From the NCBI GenBank assembly GCA_017502135.1, contig JAFVVP010000005.1, positions 180,811-244,810 of the forward strand: a stretch of 64,000 bases of DNA, given 5' to 3'. The notes below the pieces were generated by a model. It saw only the letters and a list, made by a program, of their open reading frames with translations, had not been told where the DNA came from and did no database searches. The DNA comes from Clostridia bacterium. GTDB taxonomy: Bacteria > Bacillota > Clostridia > Oscillospirales > CAG-272. Every line of letters starts with the position of its first letter. Positions within the stretch are counted from its first letter, which is position 1. The translations under genes were made by a program, and so were the position numbers. Positions 8,423 through 18,137 of the stretch are shown here, piece after piece.

Positions 8423-10759
8423 TCAGAGTGCGCGGACGGTAATCTCTCCGTCCGTTGCATCCACATCTACTGAAGAAATTTTGCCGCCGGAAGTGATGAT
8501 TTCGGTAGCAATTTTATCCTCCACTTCCGTCTGAATGAAACGGCGCATATTGCGCGCGCCGTACTTGGCAGAGAACGATTTATCCGCAATACACCGAACG
8601 GCATCTTCCGTCCAGGTAAGACGGATATTCTTCTCCCTAAGCGCACCGGCACTATCAGTAAGCATTAATGCCGCAATAGAAACAAAATCGTTTTTGTCAA
8701 GTGAGCGGAATGTGATTATCTCGTCCACACGGTTCAAGAACTCAGGACGCAAAAATTCTGCCAAAGCTCTTGCTGTGCGCTCTTTCACCTGCGCATCCGG
8801 AGCGTCCGAAAATCCGGCGGGCGCTGACCGAGCTGCTGAGCCTGCATTCGTTGTCATAACGATGACCGTGTTCTCAAAGCTGACCGTCTTCCCCTGCGCA
8901 TCGGTAACTCTTCCATCATCAAGGATTTGAAGAAGGATGTTCATAACGTCCGGATGCGCCTTCTCAATCTCGTCAAACAAAACGACGGAATAGGGACGGC
9001 GGCGGATCTTTTCCGTCAGCTGTCCCGCATCGTCATAGCCGACGTATCCGGGCGGCGCACCGATGATGCGCGATACGGAAAATTTATCCATAAATTCACT
9101 CATGTCGAGACGAATCAAGGTTTCAGGTGCCGAGAACATATCCTCCGCCAAAACTTTCACAAGTTCCGTTTTACCGACGCCCGTAGGCCCGGCAAAGATG
9201 AAAGAAACCGGTTTTCTCTTGAAGGAAACCCCGGCACGGTTTCTGCGAATTGCGCGAGAAACGGCAGACACAGCCTCTCCTTGACCGATAATACGTGCAG
9301 AAAGGCGTTCCTCCAGTTTTGAAAGACGCTCAAACTCATCCTCAGTAATCGTGGAGGCAGGAATACCCGTCCAGATTTCGATAACGTCCGCAAGATCAGA
9401 AACGTGCATTTCGATCTTATCACATTCCGTTTGAAGGAACGCGTCACGCTTCTCCATACGGAGAAGTTCAGCCTTTCCGTCTGCCAGTTTTTTGTACGTT
9501 GCTTCATCGGGTTCTTCCGACGCGGCCTTAGATTCCAACGTTTCAAGATCTGTTTTGAGAGCCGCGCGACGGTCTGCAAGCGCCCTCTTTTCGTTGAGAA
9601 AATCGGACGAGAGCGAAATGTGCGACGCCGCTTCGTCAATAAGATCGATGGCTTTATCCGGAAGATAGCGGTCGGTGATATACCGCTCGCTCAGAGTAAC
9701 AGCTGCGTGCAAAACCGAGTCGGGAATATGGATTCCGTGATATTCTTCGTAGTAATGCTTTATTCCCGCCAAAATCTCTTCAGTATCCGCCATATTGGGC
9801 TCATTGACCATGACAGGTTGGAAGCGACGTTCCAATGCCGTGTCTTTTTCGATATGCTTGCGGTATTCGGTGAGCGTAGTCGCACCGATGATTTGGATTT
9901 CGCCACGGGAAAGCGCCGGCTTGAGGATATTGGCGGCGTTCATGCTTCCCTCCGCGTCACCTGCACCGACGATGCTGTGCACCTCGTCGATCACGAGGAT
10001 TACGTTGCCGGCAGTTTTAACGTCGCCGAGAAGGCCGAGCATGCGGGATTCAAACTGCCCGCGGAACTGCGTTCCTGCGACCAAAGCCGTTAAATCAACC
10101 AGGCAGATCTGTGCATCACGCAGCCGGTACGGGACGTTCCCTGCCGCAACCTTTTGTGCCAGCGCCTCGGCGATGGCGGTTTTACCCACACCGGGCTCAC
10201 CTATAAGACAAGGATTGTTTTTCTGTCGGCGGCAAAGGATCTGAATAACGCGATCAAGCTCACGCGTACGGCCGATCACCGCGTCAAGAAGTCCGTTCTT
10301 TGCTCGCTCGGTAAGATTCTGGCAGTACGTGTTCAGATACTTGTATTCTTTCTTCTTCTCTCCGTTTTCTTTCTTTTTGGGTGGCTTCTTCTCGTTCTTT
10401 ATAGAGCCGAGCTGCATCATTTGGATAGGACCGAATAACTTTCCGAAATCAATGGCCGGAGCGCGGCTTTCACTTGGCAATGCTTGTTCACCCTCTGCAG
10501 CCTCTTCGTCCGCAGAAGACTCCGCGCCGCTCTCATCCGCATCTTCAGCGGCAGACTCCATAAGCGTTTCCATCTCCGTATTCATGCGTTCAAGATCTTC
10601 ATCTGATATACCCATTTTCTTAATAATATCATTTACGGGTGCAATTCCCAGTTCTTTTGCGCACTGGATACAAATCCCCTCTTGCTTTTGCTGACCGTTT
10701 TCAATGTGAGCCACAAAAACAACTGCTATTCTTTTTTTGCATCTAGAGCAAATAACCAT
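8423..10759 (-). CDS. ClpC/ClpA-type double-AAA+ unfoldase with an N-terminal zinc ribbon in place of the Clp_N domain
   Basis: ORF 8423..10804 has a TTG start. I prefer ATG at 10759 (MVICSRCKK...). Walker A motifs GEPGVGKT and GPTGVGKT, a middle coiled coil, and an AGF tripeptide at the ClpP-loop position. N-terminus CSRCKK...ICIQCAKEL is followed by acidic and then basic low-complexity stretches. Confidence 0.85.
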   Translation of the reverse strand: MVICSRCKKRIAVVFVAHIENGQQKQEGICIQCAKELGIAPVNDIIKKMGISDEDLERMNTEMETLMESAAEDADESGAESSADEEAAEGEQALPSESRAPAIDFGKLFGPIQMMQLGSIKNEKKPPKKKENGEKKKEYKYLNTYCQNLTERAKNGLLDAVIGRTRELDRVIQILCRRQKNNPCLIGEPGVGKTAIAEALAQKVAAGNVPYRLRDAQICLVDLTALVAGTQFRGQFESRMLGLLGDVKTAGNVILVIDEVHSIVGAGDAEGSMNAANILKPALSRGEIQIIGATTLTEYRKHIEKDTALERRFQPVMVNEPNMADTEEILAGIKHYYEEYHGIHIPDSVLHAAVTLSERYITDRYLPDKAIDLIDEAASHISLSSDFLNEKRALADRRAALKTDLETLESKAASEEPDEATYKKLADGKAELLRMEKRDAFLQTECDKIEMHVSDLADVIEIWTGIPASTITEDEFERLSKLEERLSARIIGQGEAVSAVSRAIRRNRAGVSFKRKPVSFIFAGPTGVGKTELVKVLAEDMFSAPETLIRLDMSEFMDKFSVSRIIGAPPGYVGYDDAGQLTEKIRRRPYSVVLFDEIEKAHPDVMNILLQILDDGRVTDAQGKTVSFENTVIVMTTNAGSAARSAPAGFSDAPDAQVKERTARALAEFLRPEFLNRVDEIITFRSLDKNDFVSIAALMLTDSAGALREKNIRLTWTEDAVRCIADKSFSAKYGARNMRRFIQTEVEDKIATEIITSGGKISSVDVDATDGEITVRAL

Positions 10760-10840
10760 ATACTTATAACCTGCATCCGCGGTAACGCGGTTCCTTTCAA
10801 TCAAACGTCAAAGCGAACCGAGCGCCAAAAAGCGCCGATA

Positions 10841-11566
10841 TTATCCAATAACCATTCTCAAAATATTTCCAAAGTTATCGTCGGCAAAAAATTTCAGTAT
10901 AACAGTATTTTCAATCAACTGCGGATTGAAAAACTCCGGCGAAACAGATGACATAGCGCTTATAAATATGACGGAAAGCGCGCTCAATATCCACATCCAC
11001 ACAAGTGCGTTAAAACAGCCGATAACAAAGCCAAAGAACTTATTAGCACCCTTGAGTACCGGAAGTTTAAAGATAAGATCCAAAAGCCAGGTAAGGATCT
11101 TCAAAACAATCACACTTCCGATGAAAAGAAGCAGAAAAGCAATCACACCTGTTATCGCATTCACAACGGGCTCTGCTATTAAAGTTGCCAGATCCAAAAC
11201 GGCAGCAGCATCAGCATCCGCCGAGGGAGTTACAGCATCGACCAGTTTTGAAATATCTGCTCCATAACGTTCAAGAATCTGGCGAAAAGCCTCCGGCATA
11301 TCCCGGAAGAGTCTCAGAAGGTCGAACGTACCGCCGTCATTTTTTGAGAGTGACTGAATCGTATCTGTAATATTTTCCGCAATCTCACGAACAAACGGAA
11401 CGTTCTCTATGTGCACCGCAACAGTCGGCGTGAAGGCAAATGCAACGAATAAAGCGGCAATCAATGTGCAAATACCCATAACAGATTTGATAAAACCGCG
11501 CTTTACACCCATTACAATGGATATAAGACACACTGTCAAAAGCAAACCGTCAAAAATGAAATTCAT
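10841..11566 (-). CDS. CvpA-family membrane protein
   Basis: N-terminus MNFIFDGLLLTVCLISIVMGVKRGFIKS and a multi-TM layout are typical of the CvpA (colicin V production) family. Confidence 0.75.
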   Translation of the reverse strand: MNFIFDGLLLTVCLISIVMGVKRGFIKSVMGICTLIAALFVAFAFTPTVAVHIENVPFVREIAENITDTIQSLSKNDGGTFDLLRLFRDMPEAFRQILERYGADISKLVDAVTPSADADAAAVLDLATLIAEPVVNAITGVIAFLLLFIGSVIVLKILTWLLDLIFKLPVLKGANKFFGFVIGCFNALVWMWILSALSVIFISAMSSVSPEFFNPQLIENTVILKFFADDNFGNILRMVIG

Positions 11567-11625
11567 AAAGCACCTCTCAAAATCGTATTGCGATTATGTG
11601 CGATATATGCGTGGCCTCCAAGTCG

Positions 11626-12819
11626 TCACGAAAGGTCGGCGGCCCGTGCTGTAGTGGGAAAGCAAAACACCGGTTCACCGAAAATATCACACACAGCCGT
11701 CAAATTACCGGTATATGAAGCACTGAATTCTTTTTCCGCGTATTCTTTGAGATAGAAGACAGAATCTTGTGTCAGTACATACGCAGTGGTGGCGCCATCA
11801 GATGCGGTAATACGAAGAACTTTTTCACTGAATTGCCGGTCAGAGATTATCTGCCCGTTCATATTTATTACAATCACTCTGCTCGATGTTCCGAGAATAT
11901 TCTCACTGCATACAACGGCAACACGCGTCTCAGATATATCCATACTTGTGAGGGTCATAGAAGCGAACGGGAAAGTATATTTTACCGTTCCTTCCCCATC
12001 GTATAAGGAAATGGAAGTATCAGTAACAACCGCAAGCGTTCCATCCTTCAAATAAGAAACAGAAAGTGGGATCTGCTCGCCCAGACTAACCTCGCTTATT
12101 TCGTCAGAACCAACACGGCAAAGGGTCAAAACGCCGGAAACAGGGCCGTTTTCCGCAGAAAAACCTGCTATGACAAAGGCTTCCCCGTCAGAACTAAAGG
12201 CTACCGAAACCACATAACTGTCCCGGTAATACGACGCGATCTTCTGAAAAGCGGCGTTATACAGCGATACCAAATATTTTGATTCACCGGATCGCGTTAC
12301 AATAGCATACATGCCGGTATCGCTGACTGCGGCACACTGTATCGGGCTGCCCGTACTCTCACGCAAAACGCACGCAAGCGAAGTATAAAGAGCATAAGAA
12401 GTGCCGCCTTCGTCATAAACAAGCAGGTATTTGTCACCCGCATCCAAAACGGGTGAGAGACAGTTGGGTTCATCTTTAAGAGTTACAGCGCCATCACCGC
12501 CGTACACCGAAACCCCGGAACTTCCTGCAACAACAAGCTGATCTTTATAAGAGGCGAAGGACATATTCGGCTGTTCCTCATAAACAACGGAGGAAAAATG
12601 GCCGCTCGATTCATAAGCAACGTTAAAATCGCGCATGAGGTACAAAAGGTTTTCGTATGTCATGCTTTCACGATGCGTAAGAAGCATAACGGAAAGATAT
12701 ATAGTGAACACCAAAAGCAGAATCCACTTTACAACCCCGTATCTGGCCGAAACGCGCAGATAATATGGGTTGTGCGATTTCTTTTCTGAATCACGCGCAC
12801 GCCGAACTCGATTGTCCAT
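11626..12819 (-). CDS. membrane-anchored hypothetical protein, beta-propeller-like (DUF5711-like)
   Basis: Basic N-terminus, one TM helix (WILLLVFTIYLSVMLL), then a repetitive beta-rich ectodomain. The family assignment is from memory only. Confidence 0.5.
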   Translation of the reverse strand: MDNRVRRARDSEKKSHNPYYLRVSARYGVVKWILLLVFTIYLSVMLLTHRESMTYENLLYLMRDFNVAYESSGHFSSVVYEEQPNMSFASYKDQLVVAGSSGVSVYGGDGAVTLKDEPNCLSPVLDAGDKYLLVYDEGGTSYALYTSLACVLRESTGSPIQCAAVSDTGMYAIVTRSGESKYLVSLYNAAFQKIASYYRDSYVVSVAFSSDGEAFVIAGFSAENGPVSGVLTLCRVGSDEISEVSLGEQIPLSVSYLKDGTLAVVTDTSISLYDGEGTVKYTFPFASMTLTSMDISETRVAVVCSENILGTSSRVIVINMNGQIISDRQFSEKVLRITASDGATTAYVLTQDSVFYLKEYAEKEFSASYTGNLTAVCDIFGEPVFCFPTTARAADLS

Positions 12820-12846
12820 TGACAGATTTCCTCCTTTTCTTATTCA

Positions 12847-13641
12847 TTATTCGGCCAGCCAGTTGATTTCCCTGTCATAAAGAACATTCGAAAGGTACAG
12901 CCCTGCCGAGGGGGCGGTAAAACCGGCTTTCGTGCGATCACCTGTACGGATTGCCGTCAAAACATCCCCAAGGGATCGGCTGCCGTAAACGACATCAAGT
13001 AAAGTCCCCGTCATAATACGAACCATATTATAAAGAAAGCCATCAGCCTCCACACGAAAGACAAGAATATCGTCCGGCTCGCGACGCACACTTGCGTTAA
13101 ATACGGTACGGACCGGATCGGTTATCTTCGAACCGGTTGCCATAAAACCTGAAAAATCGTGTTTTCCCACAAAAGCAGAACAAATTTCGTTCATCAAAAT
13201 TTCGTCATCTGCCGAAATCCGACGCACAGCGTGATAAGCCCGCCCGTTTAAAAAAGGATCACGCGCCGGCGTATCATAGATACGGTACTCATATTCTTTG
13301 GAAATGACGTTATAACGCGGATGAAAATCATCCGCTACGACGGCGGCACCGATTACCGAAATATCCTCCGGCAAAAAGCGGTTGACAACTCTGTGAAATT
13401 TGCTTATGGGAACAGGGCACCAATTATCTCCCACGCGGATATCGGCAGGAGCCAGTGCGGCGCAAAAAGCCTTGGCATGAACACCGCTGTCCGTTCGGCT
13501 GCAACCCGTAACGGCACACGGAAACCCGAGCACCCGCGAAAACGAATCTGTCAGAATGTTCTGTATCGCACGGCCGTTTGCTTGTGCCTGAAAGCCGCAG
13601 TAAGCGGATCCGTCAAACTTGAGTTTCAAAAGAATTTTCAT
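12847..13641 (-). CDS. truA: tRNA pseudouridine(38-40) synthase TruA
   Basis: ORF 12847..13671, with the start moved to MKILLKLKFDGSAYCGFQ. Catalytic-Asp motif RTDSGVHA. Conserved ecfT-truA synteny. Confidence 0.9.
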   Translation of the reverse strand: MKILLKLKFDGSAYCGFQAQANGRAIQNILTDSFSRVLGFPCAVTGCSRTDSGVHAKAFCAALAPADIRVGDNWCPVPISKFHRVVNRFLPEDISVIGAAVVADDFHPRYNVISKEYEYRIYDTPARDPFLNGRAYHAVRRISADDEILMNEICSAFVGKHDFSGFMATGSKITDPVRTVFNASVRREPDDILVFRVEADGFLYNMVRIMTGTLLDVVYGSRSLGDVLTAIRTGDRTKAGFTAPSAGLYLSNVLYDREINWLAE

Positions 13642-13648
13642 ATAGGCA

Positions 13649-14473
13649 TCACCAGGAAAGCGAATAGCCACCCAACCCGTTCGTGAAAATCACAACCATG
13701 CCCAAAAGGACGAGAAGAATACAAAGAACCACGTCCTTAGGCGAAGCGTGCAATACATTCATGCGCGTTCTTCCATCACCGCCGGTATAACAACGGCATT
13801 CCATAGCGGTTGCGAGTTCCTCCGCACGGCGGAAGGCAGAGATGAAGAGCGGTACCAAAATCGGAATCAGCGTTTTCGCACGCTTCATCAAGGAGCCGGA
13901 GGCAAAATCTGCACCGCGCGCTTTTTGCGCATTCATGATTTTTTGTGTTTCTTCTATCAAGGTAGGGATAAAACGAAGCGCGATCGTCATCATCATAGAA
14001 AACTCGTGAACGGGAAGGTGCAGTTTTTTAAGCGGTGCCAAAAGCTGTTCGAGCCCGTCCGTGAGTGCAATAGGTGTCGTAGTATACGTCATAAATACGG
14101 ACGTACCGATAAGGAGCACAATAATGCGAAGCGCGATCATTATCGCGTTGAGGATTCCCTCAAGATAAACACTCACAAATCCAAGTGAGAAAAGAAGCGT
14201 TTCCCCTTTCATCCAAAAGATGTTTATAACGGAGGTAAAGATGATAATAAAAGTAAGAGCCTTCATTCCCTTCAGAATGATTTTGGGCGAAATGCCCGAT
14301 GCCAAAATAAGGACAGCCGCTGACAAGAGAAGAAGTCCGAAGGACCAAAGATTTTTCGCCAAAAAAACGACGATGATATAGAGAACGGAGGCTATAATTT
14401 TTGCGCGGGGGTCCATACGGTGCAAAACAGATTTTCCCTCACAGTACTGTCCGAACGAGATGTCAAGATTCAT
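13649..14473 (-). CDS. ecfT: energy-coupling factor transporter transmembrane subunit EcfT
   Basis: Polytopic membrane protein with the ECF-T signature region (..ALRFIP..ARGA..). ATGA overlap with ecfA2. Confidence 0.9.
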   Translation of the reverse strand: MNLDISFGQYCEGKSVLHRMDPRAKIIASVLYIIVVFLAKNLWSFGLLLLSAAVLILASGISPKIILKGMKALTFIIIFTSVINIFWMKGETLLFSLGFVSVYLEGILNAIMIALRIIVLLIGTSVFMTYTTTPIALTDGLEQLLAPLKKLHLPVHEFSMMMTIALRFIPTLIEETQKIMNAQKARGADFASGSLMKRAKTLIPILVPLFISAFRRAEELATAMECRCYTGGDGRTRMNVLHASPKDVVLCILLVLLGMVVIFTNGLGGYSLSW

Positions 14474-15330
14474 GCATTATCACCCCGTACTTTCTCGAGG
14501 ATTTTTGCGGTCGCATACTTGACCGTATATACGTCCCGTCCGATATCCAGCCCGTACTTTTTCAGTTCCGATGCCACGTAGGTTATTTGTGGGACGTCAA
14601 GACCGACTGAAATGAGCTCATCGTAACGGCTGAAAACTTCCGCACAGGTGCCATCCATGAAAACCCGGCCGGCCTCCATCACGATAACACGGTCGCAGTA
14701 CAAAGCCATATCCTCCATACTGTGACTGACGATAATCACGGACGTTCCGCTGATCTTCTGGTACTCACGGATGCTGTTGAGAATCTCCTCGCGCCCGCCG
14801 GGATCAAGCCCGGCCGCAGGCTCATCAAGAACGAGAAGCTCCGGACGCATAGCAATTACACCGGCAAGAGCGGCACGCCGCTTCTGACCGCCGGAAAGAT
14901 CGAATGGTGATTTGTCGAGAAGCGCTTCTTTAAGACCTGCAAACTGAGCCGCTTCCAGAACGCGCGCGTTCACTTCATCGGGAGACATACCCATGTTTCT
15001 GGGGCCGAACGCAATATCATCGCGCACCGTTTCATCAAACAGCTGATATTCCGGATACTGCATAACGAGTCCTACTTTGAAACGGACGTCGCGAATCTTT
15101 TTCGGATCTTCCCAAATATCCTTGCCGTCGAGAATAACCTTACCCTCAGTCGGCTTCAAAAGGCCATTGAGAAGCTGTACGAGCGTCGATTTGCCGCTAC
15201 CCGTATGTCCCATAATACCGGTAACCGTCGAACCGCCGATTGTCAGGGATATATTATCGAGCGCACGGATTTCATACGGTTCTCCGGCACCGTAAATAAA
15301 CGATATATTTTGGAGTTCAACCTGAGCCAT
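14470..15330 (-). CDS. ecfA2: ECF transporter ATPase EcfA2
   Basis: ORF 14470..15447, with the start moved to MAQVELQNISF (ATG at 15330). Walker A GHTGSGKST and signature LSGGQKRR. Confidence 0.9.
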   Translation of the reverse strand: MAQVELQNISFIYGAGEPYEIRALDNISLTIGGSTVTGIMGHTGSGKSTLVQLLNGLLKPTEGKVILDGKDIWEDPKKIRDVRFKVGLVMQYPEYQLFDETVRDDIAFGPRNMGMSPDEVNARVLEAAQFAGLKEALLDKSPFDLSGGQKRRAALAGVIAMRPELLVLDEPAAGLDPGGREEILNSIREYQKISGTSVIIVSHSMEDMALYCDRVIVMEAGRVFMDGTCAEVFSRYDELISVGLDVPQITYVASELKKYGLDIGRDVYTVKYATAKILEKVRGDNA

Positions 15331-15394
15331 GTTAGCATACTCACAACGCCAGGCGTTATGAGAATCCTTTCGTAAAATAACGAGTTTTGTGAAG

Positions 15395-16273
15395 TTATTG
15401 TTTCCCGAGTGCTTTCGCAATTTCAGCGGCACACTCACCCGGATCAAAAATATCGAGGCGAACGTCGTAACCGCTCTTTTTTAGATGATACAAAAGTTCA
15501 GTCGTCTGCGGAACATCAAGGCGTGCGTTCCAAAGACGCTGTGGGTGGCTGAACACCTCTTTCGGCGTTCCGTCCATAAGAATACGCCCGCCATCCATTA
15601 CGATCACACGGTCGCCGCGAACAGCTTCGTTCATGTAGTGGGTAATGTGAAGAACGGTAATTTTTTCTTCCTTGTTCAGCCGTTCGATCGTATCCATTAC
15701 TTCTTTTCTGCCCGCAGGGTCAAGCATCGCCGTGCTCTCGTCAAAAATGATACAACGGCGGCGCATTGCGATAATTCCCGCAATCGCAATACGCTGTTTT
15801 TGACCGCCTGACAACTTATGCGGCGCATGACGCGCATATTTCGACATACCGACGAGAGAAAGTGCCTCATCTACACGGCGGCGTATCTCTTCTGAGGGAA
15901 GCCCAAGATTCTCCGGACCGAAAGCAACGTCCTCTTCAACGACGGTAGCAACGATCTGGTTGTCCGGATTCTGGAAAACCATACCGACTTTGCGACGTGC
16001 CTCCAGAATATCCTCCTCCGTAACGTCGTCGGCGCTCATGTTCTTGCCGTCAATCATTACACTGCCGCTGTCCGGTATAAGAATGAGACTCATCATTTTC
16101 GCGAGAGTTGATTTACCGCTTCCATTATGGCCGAGAATGGATACGAATGACCCCTCTTCGATGGAGAGGCTAACGTGATCAAGTGCATTAGAGGAGGCAC
16201 TTCCGTCATCAGTAGGATAGGCGTACGACAGATCACGGATTTCAATTATCGGTGTTTTTTGAAGAGTGCTCAT
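15395..16273 (-). CDS. ecfA1: ECF transporter ATPase EcfA1
   Basis: Walker A GHNGSGKST, signature LSGGQKQR and Walker B IIFDE. Confidence 0.9.
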   Translation of the reverse strand: MSTLQKTPIIEIRDLSYAYPTDDGSASSNALDHVSLSIEEGSFVSILGHNGSGKSTLAKMMSLILIPDSGSVMIDGKNMSADDVTEEDILEARRKVGMVFQNPDNQIVATVVEEDVAFGPENLGLPSEEIRRRVDEALSLVGMSKYARHAPHKLSGGQKQRIAIAGIIAMRRRCIIFDESTAMLDPAGRKEVMDTIERLNKEEKITVLHITHYMNEAVRGDRVIVMDGGRILMDGTPKEVFSHPQRLWNARLDVPQTTELLYHLKKSGYDVRLDIFDPGECAAEIAKALGKQ

Positions 16274-17181
16274 TTGTTCTCCCCCGAAAAAGTGTCAGAT
16301 CTCTGCCAACGGGCACTTGCCCCCGCAGGAAGATACAGTCCGCTTTCCGTTACCGGCAATCCCAACTCACCGGTCGTGAGAACGCCCATAGATGCCTGTG
16401 GCATCAACGTCATAAGCATATAACCCATAGATGCAGGCGACAAACCGGTCGTATAAGAGTTGATAAGAAAGAAAAGCGGCCTGTCCGTGAGGATTTTCAC
16501 AACGAGGGAAATTAGGTCATACGCGCATTCTTCCAGTTTCCACACTTCCCCGTTCGGACCTCTGCCGTACGACGGCGGGTCCATGATCACGCCGTCGTAC
16601 TTATTGCCGCGACGAATCTCTCTTTCAACAAACTTTCGACAATCGTCTACAATATAACGCACAGGTGCATCTCCAAGGCCGGAAAGGCGGAGATTCTCTT
16701 TCGCTGCCGCTACCATTCCTTTGGAAGCATCCACATGGCAAACCTTGGCACCCGCCCTGGCTGCAGCCGCAGTTGCGCCGCCGGTATACGCAAATAGATT
16801 AAGCACTTTCGGCTGATAATCGGGGACATCTCTCCGCGCACGGCCAATAATATTGGAGAACCAGTCCCAGTTTACTGCCTGCTCCGGGAAAAGCCCAGTG
16901 TGCTTAAAACCCATAGGGCGAAGATTAAACGTCAGATCGCCGTAGCTAATATTCCAATCGGCGGGCATTTTGGAAACGACCCAACTGCCGCCGCCGTTCT
17001 TCGAGCGACGGTAAACACCGTCAGCTTTTTTCCACATAGGATGCCTTCTCTCGGTATTCCAGATCACCTGCGGGTCGGGGCGGATGAGGATATATCTTCC
17101 CCACCGTTCGAGTCTTTCACCGGCGGCGGCATCGAGAAGTTCGTAATCTTTCCACGTATCGTTCTGAAACATTGAATTCAC
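16270..17181 (-). CDS. class I SAM-dependent (RlmI/YccW-like) RNA methyltransferase
   Basis: SAM-binding region VLNLFAYTGGATAAAARAGA and a DPPSY motif. GTG start with a GTGA overlap on the ruvC stop (alternative ATG at 17172). Confidence 0.75.
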   Translation of the reverse strand: MNSMFQNDTWKDYELLDAAAGERLERWGRYILIRPDPQVIWNTERRHPMWKKADGVYRRSKNGGGSWVVSKMPADWNISYGDLTFNLRPMGFKHTGLFPEQAVNWDWFSNIIGRARRDVPDYQPKVLNLFAYTGGATAAAARAGAKVCHVDASKGMVAAAKENLRLSGLGDAPVRYIVDDCRKFVEREIRRGNKYDGVIMDPPSYGRGPNGEVWKLEECAYDLISLVVKILTDRPLFFLINSYTTGLSPASMGYMLMTLMPQASMGVLTTGELGLPVTESGLYLPAGASARWQRSDTFSGENK

Positions 17182-17711
17182 CGTTTTTCTTTGGAGATTC
17201 CGCCGATTTTCGTCGGTCGGTTATAGTATTGCCCAATTGCGGAAGTACCAGTGTGTGCGTGGCACACAGCGATCGCAAGTGCATCGGCTGTGTCGTCTGG
17301 CTTGGGCGGTGCATCGAGGCCCAAAAGCATGGTAACCATCGCCATAATCTGGCGTTTTTCAGCCTTACCGTACCCAACAACCGCTTGCTTAACCTGCATG
17401 GGGGTATATTCAAAAACATCAATGTGATGCTGATGTGCACAAAGTAGAATGACGCCGCGCGCCTCGGCAACTACGATTCCCGTAGTAACATTCGATGAAA
17501 AGAAAAGCTCTTCTACCGCAATGGCATCCGGTTTATACTTTTCAATGATGGAGGACAGGCTCTCATAGATGTGCGATAGCCGTTCTTCGACGGGAAGGCC
17601 GGCCTTCGTTTGAACAGCGCCGTATGCGACAGGGCGAAAACGGGATCCTTCGTATGAGACGATCCCCCAGCCGACAATCGCAATCCCCGGATCTATGCCA
17701 AGAATAATCAT
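17178..17711 (-). CDS. ruvC: crossover junction endodeoxyribonuclease RuvC
   Basis: ORF 17178..17774, with the start moved to MIILGIDPG (ATG at 17711, AAAGGAGGG SD). The longer ORF would begin inside its own promoter. Confidence 0.9.
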   Translation of the reverse strand: MIILGIDPGIAIVGWGIVSYEGSRFRPVAYGAVQTKAGLPVEERLSHIYESLSSIIEKYKPDAIAVEELFFSSNVTTGIVVAEARGVILLCAHQHHIDVFEYTPMQVKQAVVGYGKAEKRQIMAMVTMLLGLDAPPKPDDTADALAIAVCHAHTGTSAIGQYYNRPTKIGGISKEKR

Positions 17712-17762
17712 CCGCCGCCCTCCTTTATCCATCCGGATAAAATATAAATACTTAATCAGCAT

Positions 17763-17791
17763 ATTATAGCACATATTTTCACATAAGTCAA
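17763..17791 (-). promoter_or_regulatory. sigma-A promoter of the ruvC-methyltransferase-ecf-truA array
   Basis: Minus strand: TTGACT (17791-17786), 17 nt spacer, TATAAT (17768-17763). Confidence 0.65.
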
Positions 17792-17845
17792 AACCATTTC
17801 AGCAAAATAGAGAACTTTTTTGAGGAGAATTAAAAACGAATGGCA

Positions 17846-17874
17846 TTTACAAGATAGAAAATTCGTGTTATAAT
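17846..17874 (+). promoter_or_regulatory. sigma-A promoter (extended -10) of the DUF951-yfhO-ruvA-ruvB-radC operon
   Basis: TTTACA (17846-17851), 17 nt spacer, TGtTATAAT (-10 hexamer at 17869-17874). Confidence 0.65.
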
Positions 17875-17927
17875 AATATAGAAAAGTTTTGCATTTTTCG
17901 TCTCATTTACAGAAAGGAGTGCTGTTT

Positions 17928-18137
17928 TTGAATACGATACCAAAGATTTCCGTCGGAGATATGCTGGAACTCAAAAAAAAGCATCCCTGCGGTTCAAAGA
18001 ATTTTCTCGTAACGCGTCTCGGAAGCGATGTGCGAATACTCTGCACGGGCTGTGAGAGAGACATGGTGCTCCCCCGCGTAAAGCTTGAAAAGGCCATAAA
18101 AAAAATCATTCCCACGGAGGAAAAATACGATGACTGA
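17928..18137 (+). CDS. DUF951 family protein
   Basis: ORF 17889..18137. The VGDMLELKKKHPCGS...CTGCE core matches DUF951. The start is probably TTG at 17928, 8 nt after an AAAGGAG SD. The ATG at 17889 sits only about 8 nt from the predicted transcription start and has no SD. Confidence 0.7.
   Translation: MNTIPKISVGDMLELKKKHPCGSKNFLVTRLGSDVRILCTGCERDMVLPRVKLEKAIKKIIPTEEKYDD

Noticed and set aside
10759-10804. A recurring SD-like AAAGGA followed by a small GC hairpin and then the start codon, seen upstream of the ClpC-like gene (CCGCG-ttac-CGCGG), nusB (GCCGC-ata-GCGGC, near 50432-50450) and ecfA2 (AACGCC-tg-GGCGTT, near 15345-15360).
   Set aside because: The stems are only 5-6 bp with minimal loops. 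One of them may simply be coding sequence if the TTG start at 10804 is used. Three instances in 64 kb is within what chance can produce. Not reported as a regulatory device.
17712-17927. I searched for a LexA/Cheo box (CGAAC-N4-GTTCG) in the divergent ruvC / ruvAB promoter region, and also upstream of recN.
   Set aside because: No GAAC-N4-GTTC match was seen in either place, and recN has no intergenic region of its own. No SOS claim is made.
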